From: Felis catus
Lineage: Eukaryota
NCBI RefSeq assembly: GCF_018350175.1
Contig: NC_058368.1
Location: 80,292,001-80,356,000, forward strand
Direction: 5' to 3'
DNA: 64,000 nucleotides
The notes beneath the pieces were generated by a model, which saw nothing but the letters and a program-made list of their open reading frames with translations, made no database searches and was not told the DNA's origin. This document shows, in pieces, positions 1-11,631 of the stretch; positions within the stretch are counted from its first letter, which is position 1; the number at the start of each line of letters is the position of its first letter. Made by a program: the position numbers and the translations under genes.

Positions 1-196
1 CGCAGCTGGGTGTTCTGGGGAGAACCCGTGTGCGGAGGAGGCCGGGGAGGCTGGTGGCTGGATGCCGGGTGCAGTCCCGGCACAGAGAAGGAACTCGGAA
101 TAAGAACGGGGGAATCCAGAAGAACGTGTGGTCTCCCTAAAGGGTAAGCCAGCACGTGCAGACTGTAAGTGCTCTGCCCTTCTTTTCCTTGCGCAG

Positions 197-305
197 CGAC
201 AGCCCCAGTGCCGTGCGGGACGTGGAGACATGGTTGCCCCGACTGCACACCCTGGTGGTAGGACCCGGCCTGGGCAGAGACAACGTTCTTCTCGAAAACG
301 TTAAG
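197..305 (+). CDS. NAXD: NAXD coding exon (109 bp; equivalent to human exon 5)
   Basis: ttccttgcgcag|C GAC AGC...GTT AAG|gtaacg; [36 protein letters not shown]. Confidence 0.95.
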
Positions 306-3300
306 GTAACGTAGAGAATTACCGAACTTCCCTCTTCTCATGGACCCGACTGAGCTCAGACGTCAGAAGACGAGCACTTTGATGGAGCGTCTGTCCAGTG
401 TTCCGGTGCCTCTTGATGGAGTCATGGAGATGGTTTGGGGGAGGGAGGAGGAACTAGGCAGAGAGAGAGTAGCAAACCTTTAGGTTTTAACAACCAACTG
501 GGATGGGATGCGTCTCTTGCTCTTGGGGCGTCAGCTTTTCACCCTGCAGCTGGGATCGCTCACGTGCGGGTGTCCCACTCTGCTCTGGAACAAGAGGCGT
601 GGGGACAGACGCCTGCCATGGGAGGACAGCCACTGACTTGTTCTCCAGAGAGCCAAAAGAGCTAACGCTTGGACATTTGGGGCAGATAATCTAAGAGCCA
701 GTCCTGCACAGTCGAACAGTAGTTCCAGGTGACACCCTATAAACGAGGGGCATTGGGGCGCTCCTGCTTCGGAGCCACCTGCACCAGCATGGGGGCATGC
801 TGCCTGCCGGGTGGCATCATCCAGCCCTGGAGCCTTGACCTCTTGCTGAAAAGTTGGAGCAATCGTAGCTGAGGAGTGCCAGGCCCCTTGGGTCATGTGA
901 GGCGAGAGGGAGACGGGAGGGGCGTCCCTGTGCGTACACAGTGGGTCTGCAGTGTGCTCTTGTCCTGAGATGGTGGCTGTCCACGCAGCGTGGGTGGGAC
1001 AGGGCCTGGGACAGCCTCTCTGCCACATGGTTTGTCTTCAGGAAGAGAGGCAAGTGAGGGTTCCTGCCGGAATAGGGTCAGAGTGTTTGGTGCCCCCGTG
1101 ACCCTCAGGATGATGGGATTCTTGACCTTTTGTGACCTACCAGTTCACCGCTGGCCCTGTGACAGAGTGGAGCTCACAACAGTCTCTCTGGCCTCTTTCT
1201 TCTTCTTTCGTGCTCCTTGACCCTGATTATCAAATTATGGCGAGCTTTCTTGCTCACGTGCTGTGGAGACATAGAGATGCCATTGGTGTGGATGGATTCA
1301 ACGTAACCTCAAAATTCCGGCTGCTGCTTTTAAGAGCTGTGGTCTGAGTGTGTGTGTCCCTCCAGTCTCACATGTTGGAATCCTGACACCCGCCCCTCCC
1401 CCCCCCCCCCCCCCCAAGGTGAGGTGTCAGGCGGCGTGGTCTGTGGCTCTGCCTGTTCTGGGCCTTTCCTAGCAGTTCAGTCTTAACACTACGTGGCATT
1501 TGTGACCAGCTGTGTTTACCCAGCATTTCGGGGTTCGTCTGTGTGCGCTGTGGCCCAGGGCTCCACTCCTTTCATTGCTGTTTGACGTTCCCTTGTGGAT
1601 GGACCACATTTTGTTTACCTGTCCATCACTTGATGGACGATTGGGTGGCTTCCACTTGGGCTGTTACGAGTAACGCCACCACGAATCTTTGTTACGGGTT
1701 TTGTGATCACTTTTGTTCACGTTTTGAGGAACTTGTGTTTGCTGCACAATTTTTGTTTTTGATTCTTGTTTTTTGCAGCACACTTTAAATTATTTTTTAA
1801 TGTTTATTTATCTTTGAGGGACAGAGCGCAAGTGGGGGAGGGGCAGAGAGAGAGGGAGACACAGACTCCAAAGCAGGCTCCAGGCTCCCAGCTGTCAGCA
1901 CAGAGCCCAACGCGGGGCTGGAACCAACAGACCATGAGATCATGACCCGAGCCAAAGTCAGATGGACACTTAACCGACTGAGCCATTCAGGTGCCCCTTG
2001 CAGCACACATTTTTAATTCTGATCATGTCCTGCCTTTTAAGAGCTTAATTGTTTTTTAGCTGTGATATTTAGGTTTGTGGTCCATTTTGAGTCGATTTTG
2101 ATGTATGGTGTAAGGAAGCAGTCCACCTGTGTTCTTTGGCAAGTGGATGTTCAGTTCCAGCTCCACTTGCCTCGAGTGAGCTGTCTGGGTGTTCTTGCTG
2201 GAAATCCGTGGGCGTAAGGGTTTATTTCTGGGCTCTGGTTTCTGTTCATTGGTTTGTACGGCTGTCCATGTGCTGGTGCCACACAGTCCTGATGACGGTG
2301 GCTATGTGATAAGCTTTTGCGATCTCTCCAGCTTTGTTCATTTCAAGAGTATTCTGGCTGTTCTGGGTCCCGTGCACTTTTCCAGGAGTTTTGGGATCAC
2401 CATATCAGTTTGCCGAAGAGGCAGATGGGATTCCGACAGGGATTGTGTTGAATCTGTAGGTCAGCTTGGGGCGGGGAGGGGGGTGGGTATTGCTGCTGTG
2501 AAGTCTTCCAGTTCATATGCTGGTTTTGAACCAGAGTTTTCCAGATCTAGAATGTAGGCTCTTGACTAGCCTCATTCTTTTTATCTGTAGTTTGTGCTTG
2601 TTCCATGCTAAGTCCTGGACACTTTCTCCTGACAGAGTATGTGTATATTCCTCATGATTCTTTTCTTTTTTTTTTTTTTTAACGTTTTGTTTTATTTTTG
2701 AGACAGAGAGAGATAGAGCATGAACGGGGGAGGGTCAGAGAGAGAGGGAGACACAGAATCTGAAACAGGCTCCAGGCTCTGAGCTGTCAGCACAGAGCCC
2801 GACGCAGGGCTCGAACCCATGAACTGCGAGATCGTGACCTGAGCTGAAGTCGGACACTTAGCCGACTGAGCCACCCAGGCGCCCATATTCCTCATGATTC
2901 TTAATAGCTACATCACCACATGCCATATTTAACTAGTTCATTTGGGCTGCTTCTGGCTTTTTCCTGTTACAGTGCTGATGTCTTGAACATTTGTGCATGA
3001 GTGTACATCCATTTCTTTTGGGCGTCTTCTTCAGGATAACTGTCTGCAAGTTGTGCGTACGGCTGTTCCCTCTGCTGGAGTGCTGCCCTGGCCAGGACTC
3101 TGCTCTGGGGACCATCATCCCTCCTCCCCTCAGCCCCATCCCCCAGGGAGCACTCCTGGTTTACTTTAAATTTTTAAAGAGAGCGAGCGAGCAAGCACGA
3201 GTCGGGGTGGGGGGCAGGAGGGAGAGGATCTTAAGCCCTGATGCAGGGCTCAAGCCCACAACCCTGGGATCACGACCTGAGTGGAAATCAGGAGTGGGAC

Positions 3301-6300
3301 CCTCAACCCATTGACCCCTGGGCACCCCCTGCTGGTTTGTTTGCAGCTGCGTCTTTCTGCTGGACACGCGGGGCTGCTGCACAGCCTCCTCTGACCTGTG
3401 GGGGCGCTCGTTCACTCCTTTCCATCCACCCTGTAGGACCCTGTAGCGCTAACTGGATGTGCGGGGAGAGAGGTGTGGTCGTGTCATCAGCTGGTCTCCC
3501 TGGGCGCTGCTGTCCCCTCTGTCTGCTGTGTTCCGGGGCCCTGGCCGCCACTGTGGCTGCTGTCCTGGCAGCGGAGTCAGTGGGGATGGAGCCACGTGCA
3601 CAGTGCACTTTGTACGAGTCCTCCGAGTGATGGAAGCAGTTGTTCCTTCAGTGGGCAACTGACACGTGGCTCTGTGCTTCAGGAGAGCCAAGTGACCTGT
3701 GACGTTACACGACTCAGATGCCCCGCTGTGTTGCCTGAGGTTTCTCGGCGTTTGAACGTGGACTTCACTGTTCTCTGTGAGAAATGTGATAGGAAAGCAC
3801 AGAGGTGGAGGCATCCTCGTTGTGGCCAGACACTGCAGCCTGCACCCAGAGATCCGGGAAAGTGGAATTAGCCAAGCTGAATCTGTTCTAACGGGAGAGC
3901 CAGACTCCAAGCAAGCAGGAGTGTTTTCGTTGTAAGGGAGGAAGTACGGCTCCACGAGGCTCCTGTGCCCCGACCCTCGTTTGAGGGGGCTTTTGGCCGC
4001 TCTCCCGTCGCTCACACCCGTGTCAGCAAAGGACCACTGAGGCCGTGGGGCAGGGCAGCTCTGGTCTCATGGGCTCTTCGTTTCATTTTCAGAATAACTT
4101 TGTATGAAACGTATGTGGATTTACCTTTTAATGTCTTAAGTTATTTCTGCTTACCATGTATTTTGTTTTACTGTTTTCTTTTTTTAATGGTTGCATTTCA
4201 GGTATGTGCAGGTCCTCGGACCCCCCAAAATAATTTACTTGAAGGAAATAGTTTAAAGGTAAATGTGTGTTAGACCTAAGCAGTTGTCAGGCTCAGGGCT
4301 AGACTGTGTACTTAAAATGATTACTGCAGCTACCATTTGTGGACTGTCAGCTCCCTTGCCAAGAGCTGGGTAAATCTTTAGAGGCAGTATCTCTAGTCCT
4401 CATACAAACTTCAGAGTATTATTCAAGGCCTTATTCTTATTTTAGTGATCAGAAAACCCGGTCTCACAGAAGTAAAGTGACTTAAGTTCACTCAACTCTA
4501 AGTGGCAGAGCTGGGGCTTCGGGGACGATCTTTGGACTCTGAGCCCGTGTACATCACAAGACGCTTTCCGGAGGTCCAGAGCGTGTGACCTGGCGATGTC
4601 CTAGCTGCTCAGTACATATCTTGGACCGTTTCGCTTGAAGCCTAAGTCAAACAGTTGCCTCACAGAGATCGACACATCTTACAAATCCCAAGTCAGGGCC
4701 GTCATTAAGGCAGCTGTCACCTGTCCTGGATTTATCCCCTGGTTCCTTTGCTTTTCCTCTTGGGCCCAGAAGACACTGGAGTTTATGCCATTGAGGCACT
4801 AGACATCTGTAGCTGCCTGCTCAGGTGGCCACCACAGACAACCACAGGCGGGGGCTGGGACAGCAGACATTGGTCCCCCCGCTTCCCCCATTCTGGAAGA
4901 CGTCTGACAGCAGAGTGTCGGCAGGTTTGCTTTTTCCCAAGGCCTGTCTCCTTGGCCTTCCTGCTGTGTCATCACACAGTTGTCTCCATGTTGTCCGTGT
5001 CCTTCCTCTTCTCCCGTTCCAAGGACACCAGCCGTCCTAGAGCAGGGCTCTTGTTTCATTGTTCTCTTAATGTTTTCTACTTTCAAGTGCATTTGCAGCA
5101 CGTGATCTTGTAAAATACTGGTTCATAGCAATAAGCAAGTGTATGTATGTTGATTATGGATAGATAACTTATGTGGATCCTGAGAAACTTAAACCCATGG
5201 TGGAGGGGAAGGAAAAAAAAAGGAGGTTAGAGTGGGAGAGAGCCAAAGCATAAGAGACTCTTAAAAACTGAGAACAAACTGAGGGTTGATGGGGGGGGGA
5301 GGGAGGGGGGGGTGGGTGATGGGTATTGAGGGCACCTTTTGGGATGAGCACTGGGTGTTGTATGGAAGCCAATTTGACAATAAACTTCATATATTGGGGG
5401 AAATAAAAGATAATTTAGTAAAAAACTTCTGAAACTTGGAGTATAACCTTGTCAAAGGTGATTTACTGCTTATTATCATCATCACTGGTTTTATTTATCT
5501 TTGTATTTTTAAAGCTTATTTCGAGATAGAGCGGGCACATGTGAGTGCATATGTGAACAGGGGAGGGTAAGAGAGGGAGGGTCCCAAGCAGGCTCCCCCC
5601 TGTTAGCACAGAGCCCAGTGTAGGGCTCAGTCCCACCCTGGGATCCTGACCAGAGCTGAGGATATTAATGGAAGGCTGCCCAGGTGCCCCGTGGTCACTT
5701 ATTTTAAAACACAAAGTGTTAGGAAATCTGCATAAGAACTGATGATTTGGGAACCCCGGTGAGTGCTGATGGGAGAGTGGGAGACTCTGCCTTGGGGTTC
5801 ACCCTGTGGGCTGGCCCTGACTCCCAGAGGGGCCCGCTGTTGGGTCAGGGGTGGGGGTCTGTTCTGTTTGTTGCCCACATTTAATTTCTGCTTGTCAATG
5901 ACCTGTTGTTGTAATTCATTGCGGAACTGCTTGCTTGGTGTTCTTTGAGTTCCGCCGAGGGGTGAGGGCTTGTCACTCAGTGTGGTTTCCTTTTCCTTGT
6001 AGGGCATCTTAGAAGCATCCAAGGCCAGGGATGTCCCCATCATCATCGATGCGGTGAGTGTGGCCTCTCCTCTGCTCCCCTTCTCACAGCCAGGCCCCGA
6101 GGCTGTGTGCTAAATACCTGTTCTTGTCTGCAGGACGGGCTGTGGCTCATTGCTCAGCACCCGGCCCTCATCCACGGCTACCGGAAGGCCGTTCTCACTC
6201 CCAACCACGGGGAATTCACCAGACTCTCTGACGCTGTGGTGAGTTTGCTGACCTCCCAGGAGACGGGGCGTGAGCCTGAGTCCCTCCTGAGATGGGGTGT

Positions 6301-9300
6301 GAGGTCCCCCCTCTCCGCTCTCGAAGATGGGGTGGGGCAATGCTGTGATTCTGCCCCCACCTGTCCCTGCACACGGCCAGCGGGTAGATACGTGTTCCCC
6401 ACATGCTAACAGTGCTGTTGGTTCCTGGCGGGGCGTGTGATGATGGGGCGTCTTCTCGCTAGCGTGTCTCTTGGTGGATGAGAGGTGGGTGGGTGCTCTG
6501 TGGATCAGCCCATCCCTGCCCGCGTTGCCTGGCCCATGGAATGTGGGTAATGACGGCATCACCTCGTAGGGCCTGTGAGGACGAAATGACACAACAGATG
6601 TAAACCCACAAGTTCTTCCATATTGAGCACCCCGTGAATGTTAGCGCGTCATCATTCAGGCCTGTGTCACTTCTGTGAGCCTTGAAAGTTCCACCACAGG
6701 CAGTGTTCCTTGTCAACAGGAGGGCGGTATTTGTGCTGCTCGTGCCGCTGTTGGCGTCCGCCGACAGCCTTGTCTGTGATGTCCCGCCTCGCAGCTTAGG
6801 GACCTTGTGGACGGCAGTGATCATCGTGAAGCTGTACGGAGACTCAGCCAGGCCCTGGGGAACGTGACCGTGGTCCGGAAAGGGGAGCGGGACGTGATGT
6901 CTGACGGTGAACACGGTGGGTAGCTGTAGGCCTCACGCCTGTCAGCCCGGGTGGCCATGCTGGGCCCTGGGCCCTGGAAGACCCGTCCCCGTGGCACATG
7001 CGGTCCCTTGTGCCACACGTGTTCCACACAGAGGGACTTCCTGATGAGCTTAGTTTTATTCCTGTTTGGCAAAGGGGACTGAGCATGCAGGGCATTCACC
7101 CTTCCTGACGCCAGGGGCGGTGGCGACGCGGTCCGGTCAGCAGGGGTTGCTCCGGGGTCCCTGGCCTGCTGCCTCCCACTCCTTCGGGGTCATAGACAAG
7201 TTTGACTATTCTACCGCATTCTGTTCTGTTGTGAAAACAGTGGGAGGGTGAGGAGGTGCTCGGAGCCGACCCCGGGGAAGGGGTTGCCAGGTGCTGGAGG
7301 GGCTGCATCCCCCTTGTCCTTGCGCCGGGGCCGGTGGGCTGTTGAGTGGGCCGAGCAGGGGGAGGTTCTGGCGGCTGCAGTGCCCCCCTAGTGCCCTGAA
7401 AGCTGGTCCTCCACTCACTTACCGTGATGGGGGGCAGGGAGCACACTGGCTATAACAGCGTGACCCGGGACTGTCACTTGCCGTAAGGGGAAGAAACCCT
7501 TGAGCACCGAGAGTGCTCAACTCACGTGGCTGCGGTCAGCAGACACAGCACGTGTCCTCTGGGGGACCCTGACACCCTTGGGGCTTTTATTGCTGGAGAG
7601 AGCTCTAGAGTGTGACACATTCAGAGGCTGTAATAACCCGTTGTTTTTTTTTTTTAATTTTTTTTTTCAACGTTTATTTATTTATTTTTGGGACAGAGAG
7701 ACAAGAGCATGAACGGGGGAGGGGCAGAGAGAGAGGGAGACACAGAATCGGAAACAGGCTCCAGGCTCTGAGCCATCAGCCCAGAGCCTGACGCGGGGCT
7801 CGAACTCACGGACCGCGAGATCGTGACCTGGCTGAAGTCGGACGCTTAACTGACTGCGCCACCCAGGCGCCCCAATAACCCGTTTTCAAGATCCATATTT
7901 TCAAAACAGCTGCTCGTGACACAGAGTGAACGAAACGGTCACAGCTTGATCTGTGCCGGGGGCACTCGCGTGGCACGCACCTCCCTGAAGGCGGTGCCGG
8001 TCCCTGGGTGGCCTGGGCTCTCGGAGCTCGTGAGCCTGGCCACCCCATGTACCTGTGCTCTTCTCCGATGTGTTCCGGCAGCGCTCTACCAGTTGTACGA
8101 GTCTGCCTGCCACCAGTTGTATGAGTCGGCTCAGGTGGTTCCAGGCCCGTGTGGCTTTGCTCTCCTTAAAACACACCGCCTCATTAGGAGCAGACAGGAA
8201 GGGCCGGAGCTGATCCAGATCGCGCCCCGGGCACAGGCCAGCTCACTCTGACGGCCCTGTCCCTCCTGCCCCGCAGTGCTCGAGTGTGCCCACGAAGGCA
8301 GCAGCCGCAGGTGTGGCGGCCAGGGAGACCTGCTGTCGGGCGCCCTGGGTGTCCTGGTGCACTGGGCGCTGCACGCCGGCCCCGAGAAGACAAACGGGTA
8401 TGTGACGTCTTCTTTCCTTGTCCTTCCGGTTCCCAGCCGTGTGAGCCACTTCGTTTGCTCGTACGTTTAGCTGCTTGGAACGTTGCAGGGGAAAGCTCGG
8501 GATCACGTGGAGGCGACCCCAGGGCAGGGGGGGTCCCAGGACGGTCACCCGCACAGCTCCTGCTCTGTGCGAGGTCGGGGGCCCTGCCCTGTTGCTCGGC
8601 ACCCATGGCTCCGAGGTGTCAGGAGTTTTTAAAGCCCCCTAGGTAATTCTAACATGGCGGCCATGCTCGGGACCCTGTTCCAGGGGGTACGAGGTGTACC
8701 CCCTTGTACGGCAGAAGCGTGGGACCAACACACGGGGCTGAGGGGAGCCGGCTGTGCCCGTTGTCCCGAAAGAGTGGAGTTTCCTCTGAGTGGCAGGACT
8801 GAGAGATGCAGGCTTGGCTCACGTTCCCGGTCGGAACTGTGAGCTCGGGCAGGTTCCCCCACCCCGTCCTCCACACGCATCATGTGACACTGGTGGCCAC
8901 ATGGGCCGGGGCGGGATGTCCCGGGTCTGGAGGCCCCCTCGACACCCATGAAGCTTTATGGGACCTGCAGGGTGGCAGCACCGCTGGTGGGCAGGGACCG
9001 TGCGGGTGCCACACGGGGGTCTGGTGTCAGACGGGGTCGAGGACCCGCGTTCTCAGATCTTCGGTCGTCCTCGCACCCTGGCACCGAGGGCGCTCTAGGC
9101 TGTGCTTTGTGGGGGTAAGCTGGGGTGTGTCCTCCAGGCAGGTGGGTATTGTGTCCGGGCGTATCCGTGTCCCTGGTCATAAAGCTGCCTTCTGCCTCAG
9201 GGGCCCGGCAAGCTTGAACCTGTTTGGGGTGTCAGGGGGACGTGGGAGGGAAAGTGGAGCCTGTCTGACGGTCCTCTCTCCAGGTCCAGCCCTCTGCTCC

Positions 9301-9434
9301 TGGCCGCCCTGGGCGCATGCTCTCTCACACGCCAGTGCGGCCACCAGGCTTTCCAGAAGCATGGCCGCTCCACCACCACCACCGACATGATCGCGGAGGT
9401 CGGGCCTGCGTTCCGCAGACTCTTCGAAACCTGA
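197..9434 (+). CDS. NAXD: NAXD (CARKD), ATP-dependent (S)-NAD(P)H-hydrate dehydratase; 5'-partial, six 3' coding exons join(197..305,6003..6053,6134..6238,6795..6915,8277..8397,9284..9434)
   Basis: Spliced translation [29 protein letters not shown]...IIIDADGL...LTPNHGEF...KGERD...[12 protein letters not shown]...AFRRLFET* has the ribokinase-like NnrD motifs (GPGLG, DADGL, TPN, GQGD). All junctions are GT-AG with consistent phase. Confidence 0.97.
1340..1430 (+). mobile_element. MaLR-type LTR 5' fragment containing a C18 run
   Basis: tgtggtctgagtgtgtgtgtccctccagtctcacatgttggaatcctga resembles an MLT1/MST LTR start. Confidence 0.5.
1440..2520 (-). mobile_element. Old L1 (L1M-type) 3'/ORF2 remnant, interrupted by a SINE
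   Basis: Antisense L1 phrases such as gtccattttgagtcgattttgatgtatggtgtaagg and gggattgtgttgaatctgtagg. Confidence 0.65.
1784..1997 (-). mobile_element. SINEC_Fc (Can-SINE)
   Basis: tRNA-derived head, (CT)n region and A-tail on -; TSD ttgcagcacac. Confidence 0.9.
2663..2884 (-). mobile_element. SINEC_Fc
   Basis: Full length; 18-bp TSD atattcctcatgattctt (2645 and 2885). Confidence 0.93.
3160..3328 (-). mobile_element. Older Can-SINE
   Basis: Diverged SINEC head and body ending ...ctgggcacccc. Confidence 0.75.
4320..4550. mobile_element. MIR remnant
   Basis: MIR-core-like cagaagtaaagtgacttaagttcact...aagtggcagagctgggg. Confidence 0.55.
4805..5110 (-). mobile_element. MaLR (MLT1-like) LTR remnant
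   Basis: accacaggcgggggctgggacagcagacatt...cagagtgtcggcaggtttg...aaggcctgtctccttggc. Confidence 0.5.
5168..5410 (+). mobile_element. 5'-truncated felid L1 3' end
   Basis: cataagagactcttaaaaactgagaacaaactgagggttgatgggg...gatgagcactgggtgttgtatggaagccaatttgacaataaa. Confidence 0.85.
5488..5690 (-). mobile_element. Older Can-SINE
   Basis: Ends ...cccaggtgcccc; T-rich tail on the left. Confidence 0.75.
6003..6053 (+). CDS. NAXD: NAXD coding exon (51 bp)
   Basis: ttccttgtag|GGC...GCG|gtgagt; [17 protein letters not shown]. Confidence 0.95.
6134..6238 (+). CDS. NAXD: NAXD coding exon (105 bp)
   Basis: tctgcag|GAC...GTG|gtgagt; [35 protein letters not shown]; preceded by an 80-bp intron. Confidence 0.96.
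6795..6915 (+). CDS. NAXD: NAXD coding exon (121 bp)
   Basis: ctcgcag|CTT...CAC G|gtgggt; [40 protein letters not shown]. Confidence 0.95.
7643..7873 (-). mobile_element. Young SINEC_Fc
   Basis: CpG-intact copy; TSD aataacccgtt (7632 and 7874). Confidence 0.95.
8277..8397 (+). CDS. NAXD: NAXD coding exon (121 bp)
   Basis: ccccgcag|TG CTC...AAC GG|gtatgt; (V)[39 protein letters not shown](G). Confidence 0.96.
9284..9434 (+). CDS. NAXD: NAXD last coding exon
   Basis: ctctctccag|G TCC...[58 protein letters not shown]. Confidence 0.96.
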
Positions 9435-10447
9435 GCCGAGGCAACGGGAAGCAGGCCACACCACGGATGGGGACGCTGCGTTTGTCACGGGTCCCCGTCC
9501 TCGGGGTACGAGAGCAGCATGATCCGCAGGTTGGTTTTGGCCTTAATACGTAGCTATAGGTGTTACAGGGACACTGAACGGGATTCCTGAACTTTCCTGG
9601 CTGTTCAGCAGTGATGGAGAGAAAGACGTACACGGTCCCGGCCGCTGAGCTGGCGCTGTGGACTTGGCCTGCTTCCTGTTTCTGTGAGGAGCTCCCCGTG
9701 CTACATGCCCCCCCACGGGGATCCCCTGGGTCCTGTCCAAATACCTGCACGATGATGAGCTGTGCTTTTTAAAATTGAGGCCCACCGGGTGGCGTGGCCT
9801 TCGTTTTCTCGTTCACATTTGCTTTTTAAACACTGATTACATTGAAACCCCGGCAGAAATAAGCATTGGTGGTTTGGGCTAATGGAAGCATTTCAGAACA
9901 ATCAGTGATTGGTTTTTGGAGGAAACAACACAGCCCTGAGCGGTGGGTGGGGCTCCGACGTGGCGCATTGGGGCACGGGGACTGAACACGGTCAGACAGC
10001 AGGGCCCTGCTGGTTGGAGGTGGTGTGTCCTCAGGAGCAGATTCTGGTCAAGAAGTTGATGTCTACGTGATACCTGGGCAGCCGCTCGTGACCCATGTGG
10101 TTCCTTCAAACGCCATTTTCCCCTGATGGTGGGGGTGATACTGTGTGACCCCTGACCTCAAATGGATCCTTCCTTTAAAGCCACATTTATTAAAAACCTG
10201 TCTCTCCCTCCCCACCCCCCTTGTTTCAGGTGTAACTTTAAAAACTTCACTGTTTTTCCTTTTGGGGAATTATATCTAAATCTTGGTGACTATTAAAAGG
10301 CAAATCTGGTTTATTTCAACGCATGGTTTTGTATTCGTTTTTTAGCAGACGCCTTTCCTAGGTGAGGACGCAGACAGCAGGGAGATGAAAATGTAAAAGC
10401 CTGTCGCCAACGTTGTTAAAATGTACTCGGCCTTTCCTTCTGCTGAA

Positions 10448-10453
10448 AATAAA
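10448..10453 (+). terminator. NAXD: Probable NAXD polyadenylation signal (AATAAA); weaker ATTAAA alternatives at 10189 and 10292
   Basis: First AATAAA downstream of the stop (~1 kb), followed by a U/GU-rich tract (ggtttttatgggtttg). Confidence 0.65.
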
Positions 10454-11533
10454 CTGTAGTAGTCACAGCAACGGTTTTTATGGGTTTGCTCTAAGTACAA
10501 ACCCTCTTGCTCAAAATTCCTGTAGCTAGGGGCAAGTGGCTGTTATGAAAATTAACTGCTTTCTTGTGCTTTTACAAACCCGTATGAACTTACTAGCTCC
10601 AGCTAGGGATGTGCTTTTCCCGAGAGCAGGCTAGCAACACAGAGCACATTTGGGGGGCCGAGGTCAGCCTCCGGCCATTAGGGGACAGTGTGACCCCCAG
10701 GTACTAAAGGGACTCTGGTATCCTTGTAAGAGGCATACCTGCCCGGGGTATATTTGCACGAGCTGGGTCACTGTAGGCAAGTCTAGTTATGAATGGGAGA
10801 AGGGGACACTGGTGCCTTTTCGGGTCCTGGAGGCCAGGGATGAAGTGAAGGTGGCCGTGTGCTCACTCACAGGCCCAGGAAATGCCATCTCGGCAGTATG
10901 GGACAGCGGGGGGTGGGGGGTGCAGCCACGACCTGCGGGGGTGGGCGGGAAGAGACAGACTGAAAGCAGGGAGACCACACGCTTAGCCATGCCATGAGCC
11001 ACACGGCCATGTCCCGCCCGCTCTCCTACCTGTGACTTGTTCTCACTCTGGCATCCAGACTCTTCCAGAATCGGCCCCTGGAGCACGGCCCAATTATGTC
11101 TGCCACAAAGGATGGCACACGAGAACCATGGTTGAAAAGGTTAACATGCGGCGTGAAGAGACCACGGTCAGAGTGAATGCAGCAGTGACTGCGGGAGTGG
11201 TTATGTTGTTGCCTACGATTAACACGTTACTTGTGTAGTCAGAAGGGACTGTAGGGACGGGTCCTCACCCCTAGTTCAGCATGCCCAGGTCTCAAGGTGC
11301 AGGCCACTCCATCCTGACTCCTGTGAGACCTGCGTCCTGATGTCGGGGCTCCAGGGTTCGTGGGGTCCTGCCATGGTGTCACCCGGGGGCACAGGGCCAG
11401 CGTCAAGGACCAGTGTTGCCGAGGAGGTTTGAGAACCGCCCCTGTCCATCGGCACCATGAAGAATGCACATTTCAGGCATACGGTGTCACTGTGATTTAC
11501 TTCCATGTTCACTGAACAGCTACAATAGGAAAC

Positions 11534-11539
11534 TTTAAT
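11534..11539 (-). terminator. CARS2: Probable CARS2 polyadenylation signal (ATTAAA)
   Basis: tttaat on + = ATTAAA on -, 32 nt after the CARS2 stop codon. Confidence 0.65.
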
Positions 11540-11571
11540 GTAAAGCTTTTACAGAACTGTGTCGGGAGCCC

Positions 11572-11631
11572 TCAGCTCCCTGGTCTGTGGTCCTGACCCA
11601 GCAGCTCCCACGTGGACGTGCTGCTCCTGTC
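11572..11631 (-). CDS. CARS2: CARS2 exon 15 (coding part)
   Basis: ttcctctgcag|GAC AGG...[28 protein letters not shown]. Confidence 0.92.
   Translation of the reverse strand, partial: DRSSTSTWELLGQDHRPGS

Noticed and set aside
8088..8135. 24-bp tandem duplication (accagttgtacgagtc.../accagttgtatgagtc...); similar short duplications at 28245 and 42130
   Set aside because: Only two copies and no spacers: ordinary slippage, not CRISPR-like.
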